From Novosphingopyxis sp. (GTDB lineage Bacteria > Pseudomonadota > Alphaproteobacteria > Sphingomonadales > Sphingomonadaceae): a DNA stretch of 64,000 nucleotides. The notes beneath the pieces were generated by a model, which saw only the letters and a program-made list of their open reading frames with translations, was not told the origin of the DNA and searched no databases. Where the stretch lies: the NCBI RefSeq assembly GCF_965218915.1, contig NZ_OZ244711.1, forward strand, positions 8,529 to 72,528, written 5' to 3'. This document shows, in pieces, positions 1-8,606 of this stretch (its first letter is position 1; each line of letters begins with the position of its first letter). Both the position numbers and the translations under genes were made by a program.

Positions 1-373
1 CCCCGGCCAGAACCGAGGAGTGGGCGAATTCCTCCTTCGTCAGGCCGAGCAAGGTGCGGAATACGAGAAGCGTGCCGGGGTACCGGCTGATGGCATCGAC
101 CAGATCCGCTTCCGCTACCCGCGTAAATCCGGCTGTCAGCCGATCCGCCGCCTCGTAGGCTTGGAAAAAATGCGCAGGTTCATAGAACGGCGCTTCGTGT
201 ATGTAGGCGAAATCGGGAGCCAGATGCGGCATGTACAATGCCCGAGCGATGGCCGCGTAGATGGTGCCATGCTCTCCCGTGCCGTGCCGTTGCGGGACGA
301 GCCTGATCTGATGAATCCGCTTCGCCCAGGTGTCCGCTTCGAGAATGGCCGAGATCGTGCTGTCGATCGTCAC
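1..373 (-). CDS. hypothetical protein, N-terminal part only (runs off window). Possible functional partner of the upstream methyltransferase.
   Basis: Open minus-strand frame from GTG at 373 to the window edge (VTIDSTISAILEADTWAKRIHQIRLVPQRHGTGEHG...). GTGA start/stop overlap with the methyltransferase stop at 376-378. Absent from the ORF track because it is truncated. No recognisable motif. Confidence 0.35.
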   Translation of the reverse strand, partial: MTIDSTISAILEADTWAKRIHQIRLVPQRHGTGEHGTIYAAIARALYMPHLAPDFAYIHEAPFYEPAHFFQAYEAADRLTAGFTRVAEADLVDAISRYPGTLLVFRTLLGLTKEEFAHSSVLAG

Positions 374-375
374 GA

Positions 376-1338
376 TCAGCCCAGCCCGGCATTGACCAGT
401 TGTCCCGGAATATCGTCGGCCACATCCGCGGCGATCCGTCGCAGCGCGTCTTCGACAAACCGTTCATGGATTTCGAATCCGCCGGCAAGACGGCCGAGCC
501 GTCGGGCGACGACGATCGTCGTCGCCCCGCCCGCGAAGGGATCGATGACGATCCCCCCCTTTGGGGTCGCTGCCTTAATGAAGAATTCAGCGAGCCCTTC
601 CGGCATCGCGGCGGTATGCGCGACACCTCGATGCTGATTGTAGGTCTGCGAGACGCTGACGACATTGCCAGGGTCCGCGCCGCCGAGCAGGTACGTCTTG
701 GTCCGGTCGCGGCCGAAGCCGGCCTCGGTGCTACGGCGGCCGGCCGTGTCCCGCTTGCGTCGCGCGATCTCGGCTTCATCTGCCTTGTATGGAACCCGGA
801 TGGCGTCGAGATCAAAATAGGGCTTGGGCCCGCGTGTGAAGTGGTAGACGTATTCAAAACTGTCTTTCGTGCGCGGACCGAACTTGCCCGGCACCCCATT
901 GGGTTTCGCCCATATGTATGTCTCGATCCAGCGCCATCCCATGTTCTGTAGGGCGAGAACCAGGTGATAGACGTAAGGGTGCCGCTGACCCTTCAAAGGC
1001 CCGTCTTTGGCAACCCTGTTTTTGATGTTGAGGATTAGGCTGCCGCTTGGTTTCGCTGCCTCATACATGCTGCGGGCGAAGGGCAGGAACCACTCGACAT
1101 ACCTGTCCGGGTGTATGCGGCTATACGCTCGCGCATCGGCGTAGGGCGGGCTCGTGAAAAAGAGATCGACGCTCTCACGTGCCAACTGTTGGAGTAGAAG
1201 TTCCGCATCGCCATGCAAGACGCCCTCGGCGAGGCTTCTGCGCAAGATGTCGGTGCCTCTCCCTCCGGTGACGATCGAGCCTTGATCGACCAGATCGCCG
1301 GCATCGCGCACTAGGTGCAGCTTGGGCGTTCTCGGCAT
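376..1338 (-). CDS. site-specific DNA methyltransferase, N4/N6 family, beta-class motif order
   Basis: 320-aa ORF. Catalytic motif TSPPY (DLFFTSPPYADARAY) lies N-terminal to the SAM motif VIDPFAGGATTIVVARRLGR. This order is typical of the N4/N6 DNA methylase domain. Confidence 0.85.
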   Translation of the reverse strand: MPRTPKLHLVRDAGDLVDQGSIVTGGRGTDILRRSLAEGVLHGDAELLLQQLARESVDLFFTSPPYADARAYSRIHPDRYVEWFLPFARSMYEAAKPSGSLILNIKNRVAKDGPLKGQRHPYVYHLVLALQNMGWRWIETYIWAKPNGVPGKFGPRTKDSFEYVYHFTRGPKPYFDLDAIRVPYKADEAEIARRKRDTAGRRSTEAGFGRDRTKTYLLGGADPGNVVSVSQTYNQHRGVAHTAAMPEGLAEFFIKAATPKGGIVIDPFAGGATTIVVARRLGRLAGGFEIHERFVEDALRRIAADVADDIPGQLVNAGLG

Positions 1339-1528
1339 ATCCGACTATTGTCCTGCCCAAAGGGTTCGGCCCGTGTGGTTTCTCTGAATCATGAACCCCC
1401 TTCCCCATCCATCCGCTTTCGCTAGCTTACGATCCCGCGCCGCTCCTAGCGCCAAGATTGGACACCAGATTGGCGTAGCGGCGGGTGAGTCTCGTCGAGT
1501 TGCCGCTTGGCACGCGCCAAGAATGGGA

Positions 1529-1801
1529 TCAAGCCCGCCGCGGTGCCATCGCTTCCTTCGTGTCACGCTCGCGCCAGGTGCGGGCGGCCTTGGCTCGCGT
1601 CTCGGCCAGCACGGGTTCAGCCGGCACGATACGGCCCGCCGCCACGTCGGCGTCGTCCGCGTCAAACATGGCCTCAAGCTCGACCTGAGTCGGCATGGGT
1701 GGCTCGTCCGTCTTATGATCCTCGGGGGTATAGTCGCGTCGTAAGCGTCCGGCCGGGACCGCGGGTTTGGTTGAGGCTGCGAGGCGCCTTTCTGGGGTCA
1801 C
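1529..1801 (-). CDS. small hypothetical protein (acidic C-terminal half with an antitoxin-like D-x2-AGR-x5-V segment)
   Basis: 90-aa ORF. DADDADVAAGRIVPAEPVLAE resembles C-terminal tails of RHH-type antitoxins. No partner ORF seen. Weak. Confidence 0.25.
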   Translation of the reverse strand: MTPERRLAASTKPAVPAGRLRRDYTPEDHKTDEPPMPTQVELEAMFDADDADVAAGRIVPAEPVLAETRAKAARTWRERDTKEAMAPRRA

Positions 1802-2145
1802 CTCACCGTATGCTCAAACTGCACGGCAAGACCCATGCACGAACGGCTTGCCTTTCGAGCGAGTTTTGAACGAAGGTTTTGCAACGGAAATCGCCAGATT
1901 TGGCGTGGGTGGCGGTCTGCCGTCCACATATCCACGTTTGTGAAAGGCCCTAATTTCCCGGCCTTTGCCGCTTATATATTAGCGTGCGATTGCGAGCGCA
2001 CGGTGAGGTGACCTCATTTACTGGACGGCGACCCGCGCTACACTTGGTCGGCCAGGAAGCGCGGCGAGTGGAGGCCGCCGATCGGCCGCGTCCCGTCCGG
2101 TCTTTCCGGTGCCGGGCCCGAGAGGGAGAGGGAGGCGGCGGTCGC

Positions 2146-2193
2146 CGTGACGGAGTGAGGGTCGAGAGAGGGTCTCCCGGCCGATCCGTCGCG
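2146..2193 (+). promoter_or_regulatory. leader hairpin CGTGACGG...CCGTCGCG abutting the Shine-Dalgarno of the DUF932 gene
   Basis: Arms at 2146-2153 and 2186-2193 pair (7 Watson-Crick pairs plus 1 G:U). GGAGA and the ATG follow 10 nt after the 3' arm. The same arms and spacing recur at 3479-3524. Confidence 0.4.
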
Positions 2194-2203
2194 GAGATGA
2201 CCG

Positions 2204-3400
2204 ATGACTCAGATCGACGTGCTGGACCGTACGCAGGGCGTGACCGGCAGCTACAAGGTGGACGTGACACGGGGAGAGCGGATCGGGCGGGTGTCGTCCG
2301 AGTGGTTCTCCCGGCCTGACGACGAACGCTACCTGTCGCTGACGGCGCTGCACGACGCGGTGCGCGCCCGGGCCGATCGCGCCACCGCGCGCACCGTCGA
2401 GAGCCGGGCCTTGCGGGTGGGAGCGAGCCGGGACGATGCCGAGCGGCTGACGCTGACCGTGCCCGGCCGGGAGGCGCCGATCGCGCCGACGAACTGGTCG
2501 TTCGGGCAGATGTGCAGCCTGGTGGGCGCGCCGGCGAGCTACCTGCGCCAGCTCCCGGCGCCGCTCGCCGGCATCAACCTGCAGCATGGGCTGCTGTCGC
2601 ATCGGGCCGAGCTGGTGAAGACCTTGGAAGCCGACGACGGCCGGGTCGAACTACGCGCGGTGACCGGGCCGGATTACGGCCGCATCTGGGACCACGAGCT
2701 GGTCGCGGCCGTCATGCGCATTGCCGGCGACGGCGTGGGCGACACGCGCTGGAAGGTGCCGGGCCTGCTGGACTGGTCGACGATGACCCACAACCCGTTC
2801 GTGGAGGTCACCAAGGACACCACGACGCTGTATGCCAGCGACCGCGACGTCTTCCTGTTCCTGGTGGACGATACCCACCCGATCGAGGCCGGGCGGCTGC
2901 CGAACGGCGATCCTGATCTCTACTTCCGCGGCTTTTACTGCTGGAATTCGGAGGTCGGCTCGAAGACGCTGGGCATCGCCAGCTTCTTTCTGCGGGCGGT
3001 GTGCATGAACCGGAACATCTGGGGCGCGGAGGGCTTCGAGGAGATCGCCATCCGGCACAGCAAGTTCGCCGCGCACCGGTTCGCGCACCAAGCCGCTCCG
3101 GCGCTGGCGCGGTTTGCCGACAGTTCGCCCGCCGCCTTCGTCAGCGGCGTCCGCGCCGCGCGTGAGCAGGTGGTGGCGCGCGACGACGAGGACCGGGAGA
3201 GCTTCCTGCGCCGGCGCGGGTTCAGCAAGCCGGAGACCGAGAAGATCATCGGCACCGTGCTGAAGGAGGAGGGGCGGCCGCCGGAGAGCGTGTTCGACTT
3301 CGTGCAGGGCATTACCGCGCTGGCCCGCAGCAAGACCCAGCAGGACGCCCGGCTCGAGCTGGAAGGCCGCGCCGCCAAGCTGATGGCCGCCGTCGCGTAG
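2204..3400 (+). CDS. DUF932 domain-containing protein (plasmid/ICE backbone family)
   Basis: 398-aa ORF. The sequence (..RVSSEWFSRPDDERYLSLTALHDAV.., ..FFLRAVCMNRNIWGAEGF..) and its position directly upstream of a large ParB-like gene match the DUF932 family as I recall it. Confidence 0.75.
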   Translation: MTQIDVLDRTQGVTGSYKVDVTRGERIGRVSSEWFSRPDDERYLSLTALHDAVRARADRATARTVESRALRVGASRDDAERLTLTVPGREAPIAPTNWSFGQMCSLVGAPASYLRQLPAPLAGINLQHGLLSHRAELVKTLEADDGRVELRAVTGPDYGRIWDHELVAAVMRIAGDGVGDTRWKVPGLLDWSTMTHNPFVEVTKDTTTLYASDRDVFLFLVDDTHPIEAGRLPNGDPDLYFRGFYCWNSEVGSKTLGIASFFLRAVCMNRNIWGAEGFEEIAIRHSKFAAHRFAHQAAPALARFADSSPAAFVSGVRAAREQVVARDDEDRESFLRRRGFSKPETEKIIGTVLKEEGRPPESVFDFVQGITALARSKTQQDARLELEGRAAKLMAAVA

Positions 3401-3478
3401 CAAGCCGTTCTTCCCTCCCACTCGCCCCCGGTCCTGCGGTCCGTTTCTCCCGAAGAGGGAGAGAGGGGCCGCAGGCCT

Positions 3479-3524
3479 CGTGACGGATTTGGGGAGGAGG
3501 AGAGGCTTCCTCCCAGCCGTCGCG
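3479..3524 (+). promoter_or_regulatory. leader hairpin CGTGACGG...CCGTCGCG abutting the Shine-Dalgarno of the ParB-like gene
   Basis: Arms at 3479-3486 and 3517-3524, with an inner hairpin GGGAGGA/TCCTCCC. GGAGA and the ATG at 3535 lie 10 nt after the 3' arm. Paralogous to 2146-2193. Confidence 0.4.
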
Positions 3525-3534
3525 GAGAACGGAC

Positions 3535-5655
3535 ATGGCTCAGGTTTCCCCCTCGAAGATCGCGCTCAGCGCCTCGCGCGACATCCCCTTCAACAAGCTG
3601 CTGCTCAGTGCCTGCAACGTGCGCCGGATCAAGGCGGGCGTGTCGATCGAGCAACTCGCCGACGACATCGCCCGACGCACGCTGCTGCAATCCATTACCG
3701 TGCGCCCCGTGCTGGACGCCGACGGCAACGAGACCGGCATGTATGAGATCCCAGCCGGCGGGCGGCGCTTTCGAGCGCTGGAGCTGCTGGTCAAGCAGAA
3801 GCGCCTGGCCAAGACGGCGCCGATCCCGTGCGTGATCCGCACCGGCGGCATCGCCGAGGAGGACAGCCTGGCCGAGAACGTGCAGCGCGCGCCGTTGCAT
3901 CCGCTGGATCAGTTCCGCGCCTTCCTGGCGCTGCGCGAGAAGGGCCAGTCCGAGGAGGAGATCGCCGCCGCGTTCTTCGTCAGCTTCGCCGTGGTCAAGC
4001 AGCGGCTGCGGCTCGCTTCGGTGTCGCCGAAGCTGCTGGACGTCTACGCCGAGGACGGCATAACGCTGGACCAGCTGATGGCCTTCACCGTCTCGGGGGA
4101 TTGGGAACGGCAGGAGCAGGTCTGGGAGCGGCTGCAATCCTCCTACAGCAAGGAGCCGTATGTGATCCGTCGCCAGCTGACCGAGGGTGCGGTGCGCGCG
4201 TCGGACAAGCGGGCCCGGTTCATCGGCGAGGCGTACGAGGCGGAAGGGGGCAGCGTGCTGCGCGACCTGTTCCAGGGCGACGACGGTGGCTGGCTGCAGG
4301 ACGTGGCGCTGGTAGAGCGGCTGGTGGCCGAGCAGCTCGCGCGCGAGGCGGAGACCATCCGAGCCGAGGGCTGGAAGTGGATCGAGGTCGCGCCCGACTT
4401 CCCGTATGGGCACAGCTTCGGCCTGCGCCAGCTCCGGGGCGAGGAGCAGCCACTGACCGCGGAGCAGGAGGTCGAGCGGGAGGCGCTGCAGGCCGAATAC
4501 GACCGGCTTGAGGAGGAACACGCCGGCCCCGAGGATCTACCGGAGGAGGTCGATCGCCGCCTGGGCGAGATTGAGGCGGCGTTGGCCGCGTTCGAGGACC
4601 TGCCGGTCAGCTTCGACCCGGCCGAGGTCGCGCGGGCCGGCGCCTTCGTCAGCATCGGCAGTGAGGGCCGGCTCCGGGTGGACCGCGGTTACGTGCGGCC
4701 CGAGGACGAGCTGCCCGTCGCGCAAGAGCCGGAGATCAACGGCGAGGACGGCGGGGAATCTGGCGGGAGCGCTTGTGGTGAAGACGACGGATCGGTTCCA
4801 GCCGTGGCGATGCGGGCCAGCATGGACGGTCAGGCCGTACAGGCTGGTTCGGAGGCCGCGGCGGAGCCGGAGGAAGAGGACGGCATCAAGCCGCTGCCCG
4901 ACCGGCTGCTGACGGAGCTGACGGCGCATCGAACGCTCGCGCTGCGGTTTGCGCTGGGCGATCGGCCGGAGATCGCGTTCCTGGCGGCGCTGCACGCGCT
5001 CTGCCTCAAGCTGTTCTACCACTACGCGCTGGACTCCTGCCTGGAGCTCGACGTGAAGAGCGTCGCGTTCACCGCGCAGGCGCCGGGCCTGAACGACACC
5101 GGCACGGCCCGAATGCTGACCTACCGGCACCAGTTCTGGCTGGCGTCGCTGCCGCGGCAGCCCGAGGCGCTGTGGGACGCGCTGTCCCTTCTGGATCATC
5201 TGCAGCGGCAGTCGTTGTTCGCGCACTGCGTCGGGCTGAGCGTGAACGCCGTGCACGAGGCATACAACCGGCGTCCGCGGGCGTTGGCGCATTCCGATGT
5301 GCTGGCCAGCGCGGTCGAGCTCGACATGGTTACCGCAGGCTGGACGCCGACGGTGGACAGCTACCTGGGCCGGGTCACCAAGGCGCGCATTCTGCAGGCG
5401 GTGCGGGAAGCGCGAGGCGAGGAGGCGGCCGAGCGTATCGCCCATCTCAAGAAGGGCGAGATGGCCGAGCAGGCGGAACAGCTGCTGGCCGGGTCTAGCT
5501 GGCTGCCCGAGAAGCTCCGCACGCAAGGCCAGGTGTTCACGGCCGCGGCGGATGTCCAAGCGCCGCGCACCGAACCCGAGACTGGGCTGCCGGACGACCC
5601 GGAAGAGCACGAGGCCGACATGCCCACCGGGGCGTGGTCGGTCGCGGCTGAATAG
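3535..5655 (+). CDS. ParB N-terminal (ParB/Srx-like nuclease) domain protein, 706 aa
   Basis: N-terminus carries the ParB box (YEIPAGGRRFRALELL) and an HTH-like region, followed by a long acidic/low-complexity C-terminal extension. Large ParB-like proteins of this kind are typical of conjugative elements. Confidence 0.85.
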   Translation: MAQVSPSKIALSASRDIPFNKLLLSACNVRRIKAGVSIEQLADDIARRTLLQSITVRPVLDADGNETGMYEIPAGGRRFRALELLVKQKRLAKTAPIPCVIRTGGIAEEDSLAENVQRAPLHPLDQFRAFLALREKGQSEEEIAAAFFVSFAVVKQRLRLASVSPKLLDVYAEDGITLDQLMAFTVSGDWERQEQVWERLQSSYSKEPYVIRRQLTEGAVRASDKRARFIGEAYEAEGGSVLRDLFQGDDGGWLQDVALVERLVAEQLAREAETIRAEGWKWIEVAPDFPYGHSFGLRQLRGEEQPLTAEQEVEREALQAEYDRLEEEHAGPEDLPEEVDRRLGEIEAALAAFEDLPVSFDPAEVARAGAFVSIGSEGRLRVDRGYVRPEDELPVAQEPEINGEDGGESGGSACGEDDGSVPAVAMRASMDGQAVQAGSEAAAEPEEEDGIKPLPDRLLTELTAHRTLALRFALGDRPEIAFLAALHALCLKLFYHYALDSCLELDVKSVAFTAQAPGLNDTGTARMLTYRHQFWLASLPRQPEALWDALSLLDHLQRQSLFAHCVGLSVNAVHEAYNRRPRALAHSDVLASAVELDMVTAGWTPTVDSYLGRVTKARILQAVREARGEEAAERIAHLKKGEMAEQAEQLLAGSSWLPEKLRTQGQVFTAAADVQAPRTEPETGLPDDPEEHEADMPTGAWSVAAE

Positions 5656-5682
5656 CCCGGCTCCTTCCCTTCCTCCTGCCCA

Positions 5683-5752
5683 GGGCTCGCCCGCTCCGAC
5701 CACCCCACGAGGCACTGCCTCGCGGGACCGGGGCGGCGAGCCCTTTTTCTTT
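5683..5752 (+). terminator. intrinsic terminator/attenuator-like compound hairpin after the ParB-like gene
   Basis: GGGCTCGCC (5683-5691) pairs with GGCGAGCCC (5735-5743) and is followed by TTTTTCTTT. An inner hairpin CGAGGCA/TGCCTCG is present. Confidence 0.5.
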
Positions 5753-5763
5753 CGGAGGCCATC

Positions 5764-6828
5764 ATGGCGGACACGGTGTCCGACCTGGCGCGCCGCCTCG
5801 CCGAGAACGCCGAGGCGGTGTGCCGCTACTATCTGTTCAACGGCCGTCGCCAAGGTGGCTACTGGCTCGTCGGCGACGTCCACAACGCGCCCGGGCGCAG
5901 TCTTTATGTGCGCCTACAGGGTCCCAACTCTGGCAAGGGGGCGGCGGGTAAGTGGACCGACGCCGCTGACGGTGGGCATGGCGATTTGCTCGACCTCATC
6001 GGGGCGGTGCGGGGCCTGCAAGGGGGCGATCTCCTGGACGAGGCGCACCGCTTTCTCGGGCTGGTGCGGACGCAACCGGAACCACCTCCACCCGCAACGG
6101 CAGGGTCGGCAGAAGCCGCACGGCGGCTGTTCGCGATGGGACGCCCGATCGGGGGCACGCTGGCTGACACCTACTTGCGCGGGCGTGGGATCACCGACCT
6201 GGGCGAGGCGAACGCGCTCCGCTTTCACGCGCGCTGCTGGTACCGGTCAGACCCTGGCGCCCCCGACGGCATGCGCGACACCTGGCCCGCTTTGCTCGCC
6301 GCCGTCACCGATGAGGATGACCGGATTACCGGCTTGCAGCGCACCTATCTCGACCCGTCCGGCCGCACGAAGGCGCCGGTCGCGACGCCGCGGCGGGCGA
6401 TGGGTCACCTGCTCGGCAACGCGGTCCGGTTGGGGTCGCCCGGCGACGGCGTGGTACGCGATGTTATGGCCGCCGGCGAGGGTATCGAGACGGTGCTGTC
6501 CTTGCGATGCGCCCTGCCCTGCCTGCCGCTCGCCGCCGCACTCTCGGCCGGACACTTCGCCGCCCTGCTGTTTCCTCCGGGGCTGCGCCGGCTCTATCTC
6601 ATCCGCGACAACGACCCGGCCGGGCACTGGGCGGCGGAGAAGCTGATGGCTCGGGCGCAGGCGGCCGGGATCGAGACGCTGGTACTGGCACCCACAAGCG
6701 GCGACTGGAACGACGACCTGCTTGAGCTCGGACCCGATGCAGTCGCGACGGCACTGCGGCTTCAGCTCGCCCCAGACGACGTGACCCGGTTCTTGAGGAA
6801 GCCGGGACGAGGCGGACGGATACGGTAA
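5764..6828 (+). CDS. Toprim domain-containing protein (primase-like N-terminal region plus Toprim)
   Basis: 354 aa. Toprim signatures AGEGIETVLSL (conserved Glu) and YLIRDNDPAGHWAAEKL (DxD). Follows the ParB-like gene as in many ICE/plasmid backbones. Confidence 0.8.
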   Translation: MADTVSDLARRLAENAEAVCRYYLFNGRRQGGYWLVGDVHNAPGRSLYVRLQGPNSGKGAAGKWTDAADGGHGDLLDLIGAVRGLQGGDLLDEAHRFLGLVRTQPEPPPPATAGSAEAARRLFAMGRPIGGTLADTYLRGRGITDLGEANALRFHARCWYRSDPGAPDGMRDTWPALLAAVTDEDDRITGLQRTYLDPSGRTKAPVATPRRAMGHLLGNAVRLGSPGDGVVRDVMAAGEGIETVLSLRCALPCLPLAAALSAGHFAALLFPPGLRRLYLIRDNDPAGHWAAEKLMARAQAAGIETLVLAPTSGDWNDDLLELGPDAVATALRLQLAPDDVTRFLRKPGRGGRIR

Positions 6829-6939
6829 CGTGGGTGCGGCATGCGGTCGGCGGGGATGGGTTACCGTGAGCCATCCGGCCGGAGAGCCGCGCCCACGGCC
6901 TTCTGAGAGGGCGATCGGACCGGAGGCGGCCCGGGCCGG

Positions 6940-7134
6940 CAACGGCTAGGGCAACTTTCTTCCCCTGCCGGCTGCGCCGTCATTCCTCGCGAGGCAAGAA
7001 AGCCGCCCCACGCCGTCCTCCGCTCCGCTGCGGCCGCTCGCGCTGCGCGCAGCGGTGCAAGCCCGGTCCGCCTCCGGTCTTCGACGCCTGCGAAGGCCGC
7101 GATGGGCGCGGCCGGTAGCCGGAGACAGACCACG
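6940..7134 (+). repeat. structured intergenic element, copy E (3' two-thirds)
   Basis: Shares the stem GGGCAACTTTCTT (6949-6961) / AAGAAAGCCGCCC (6996-7008), the TCCTCCGCT box and the GAAGGCCGCGATGGGCGCGG box with the copies at 9417, 39268, 40228 and 44869. Confidence 0.6.
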
Positions 7135-8073
7135 ATGACCCACCCTACCGACCGCGAACATGAGCCCCACCACGCCGCATCCTCGACCGCCTCTCTCCTC
7201 ACCGAACTCCAGCTCTTCGGGCACCGACCCTTCCAGGACGAGCCGGACAGCCGCCCCCTCCCCGACCCGCACCAAGTCGGCACCGCACTGGCCGACATCT
7301 TCGACGCCCTGGTGTCTACCCTCACCGACACGCGCCTCGAACCCGACCTCGAAGATCTGCTCTGGTCCACCGTCAACCTGTTCCACCGCGCCGGCGACCG
7401 GATCGAACGCGAACTCGATGGCAACGAGCAGGCGCAGCGCAGGAGCCAGAAGGAACAGGACGGCTCCGAAATCCGATCGGTCGAGCTGGAACGGCTCCTG
7501 GCGGAGGGCACCACGCTGATCGAACGCCGCAACGCCTTCGAGGCCATGCGCGACGGGGCGGCCGAGCTGTTCGAGACCCACACCGGCGCCACCTGGCGCC
7601 CACGCGCCGGGTCGATGGTGAACCACCGCGCGTTGACATCGGCTGTCATCGACAGCCGCGACTTCCTGCAAGCCAAGCGCCGGGCCGAGACCGAAGTGAT
7701 GCTGCCGCCGGGTCCCAAGGTCGCCTTTGCCGGTGGTTACGAGTGCAACGACCACGCAGCGATCTGGGCCGCACTCGACCGGGTGCATGCGAAGCATCCC
7801 GGCATGGTGCTGCTGCACGGGGGATCGCCCAAGGGCGCCGAACGCATCGCCGCGTGCTGGGCCGACACCCGCAAGGTGCCGCAGATCGCCTTCAAGCCGG
7901 ACTTCATCCGGCATAAGAACGCCGCCCCATTCAAGCGCAACGACCAGCTACTTAATGTCCTACCGATCGGGGTCGTGGTGTTCCCCGGCTCCGGCATCTC
8001 CGACAACCTGGCCGACAAGGCCAAGAAGCTCGGCATCCCCGTGCTCGACTATCGCAAAGGCGGGGGCGGATAG
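7135..8073 (+). CDS. DUF2493 / SLOG-family (DprA/LOG-like Rossmann) domain protein
   Basis: C-terminal 130 aa (VAFAGGYECNDHAAIWAALDRVHAKHPGMVLLHGGSPKGAERIAACWA...VVVFPGSGISDNLADKAKKLGIPV) fits DUF2493. Start moved from 7102 to ATG 7135 (GGAGA SD at 7121-7125) because the 7102 ATG lies in the conserved non-coding box GCGATGGGCGCGG. Confidence 0.8.
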   Translation: MTHPTDREHEPHHAASSTASLLTELQLFGHRPFQDEPDSRPLPDPHQVGTALADIFDALVSTLTDTRLEPDLEDLLWSTVNLFHRAGDRIERELDGNEQAQRRSQKEQDGSEIRSVELERLLAEGTTLIERRNAFEAMRDGAAELFETHTGATWRPRAGSMVNHRALTSAVIDSRDFLQAKRRAETEVMLPPGPKVAFAGGYECNDHAAIWAALDRVHAKHPGMVLLHGGSPKGAERIAACWADTRKVPQIAFKPDFIRHKNAAPFKRNDQLLNVLPIGVVVFPGSGISDNLADKAKKLGIPVLDYRKGGGG

Positions 8074-8077
8074 CCCC

Positions 8078-8443
8078 TCACCCAACTTTCGTCGGCACCG
8101 TCCGGAGGTGGCGCGCGCCGGTCTTGGATCGCTCGACGAGGCAGATCGACCAGCCCAGGGCAACCGCGCCGGTCGGCGCCGGGCCGATCCCGAAGATGCT
8201 CTCCGTCAGCCAGACTTCGTCTGGACCGGTGCGGCACCCTTCACACGAGAGCCGAAGCGCGACGTGAGCGAGCGTGCAGTCGGCAAGGCGCCGATCGCCT
8301 GCCATGTGACCAATCGCGATCACCCGTGCCGCACCGCAGGTGCAGCGGACGGCCAGGTAGTGATCCCGCATCGTTCGGACCAGGGAGGCCAGGGCCAGCG
8401 CGCGGTCGTAGGGCGCTGGCTGCGTCACTGAGCCAGGTCCCAC
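8078..8443 (-). CDS. small Cys-rich hypothetical protein
   Basis: 121-aa ORF with RCTCG...SCEGC (CxC...CxxC). A candidate SOS box lies about 70 bp upstream. Confidence 0.4.
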   Translation of the reverse strand: MGPGSVTQPAPYDRALALASLVRTMRDHYLAVRCTCGAARVIAIGHMAGDRRLADCTLAHVALRLSCEGCRTGPDEVWLTESIFGIGPAPTGAVALGWSICLVERSKTGARHLRTVPTKVG

Positions 8444-8510
8444 TTGCGACGGCTGCTGACGCGCTGCAAGGCAACTGACATCTCTCTCCTACTCGGCTAG
8501 GCACCAATAG

Positions 8511-8525
8511 GAACATTTAGAGAAC
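8511..8525. promoter_or_regulatory. candidate alphaproteobacterial LexA (SOS) box GAAC-N7-GAAC
   Basis: GAACATTTAGAGAAC read directly. It lies between the divergent small ORF (start 8443) and the SRAP gene (start 8838). Confidence 0.35.
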
Positions 8526-8606
8526 TTCTGGGTTGCGGGGAAGCGCCGGCCTATGCTCGCCTAATCCGGGCAGCAAGCAGCTGGCCACCTCGCCCTCGCT
8601 TGCGGG

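Noticed and set aside
20-899. Plus-strand ORF 20-637 and minus-strand ORF 180-899 at the left edge.
   Set aside because: Both overlap the methyltransferase or its coupled downstream ORF in other frames, and neither has motifs.
2935-4521. 528-aa minus-strand ORF. The same reasoning applies to 4537-5883, 6946-7914, 28003-29451, 30527-32104, 32772-34421, 33208-34905, 35807-37387, 57993-59453 and similar long shadow ORFs.
   Set aside because: Each overlaps a confidently assigned gene on the other strand or in another frame, and each has a biased R/P/A/G composition without recognisable domains.
7102-7134. ORF-track start ATG 7102 for the SLOG/DUF2493 gene.
   Set aside because: This ATG is inside the conserved non-coding box GCGATGGGCGCGG, which is present in all element copies. 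The downstream ATG 7135 has a GGAGA SD and is preferred.
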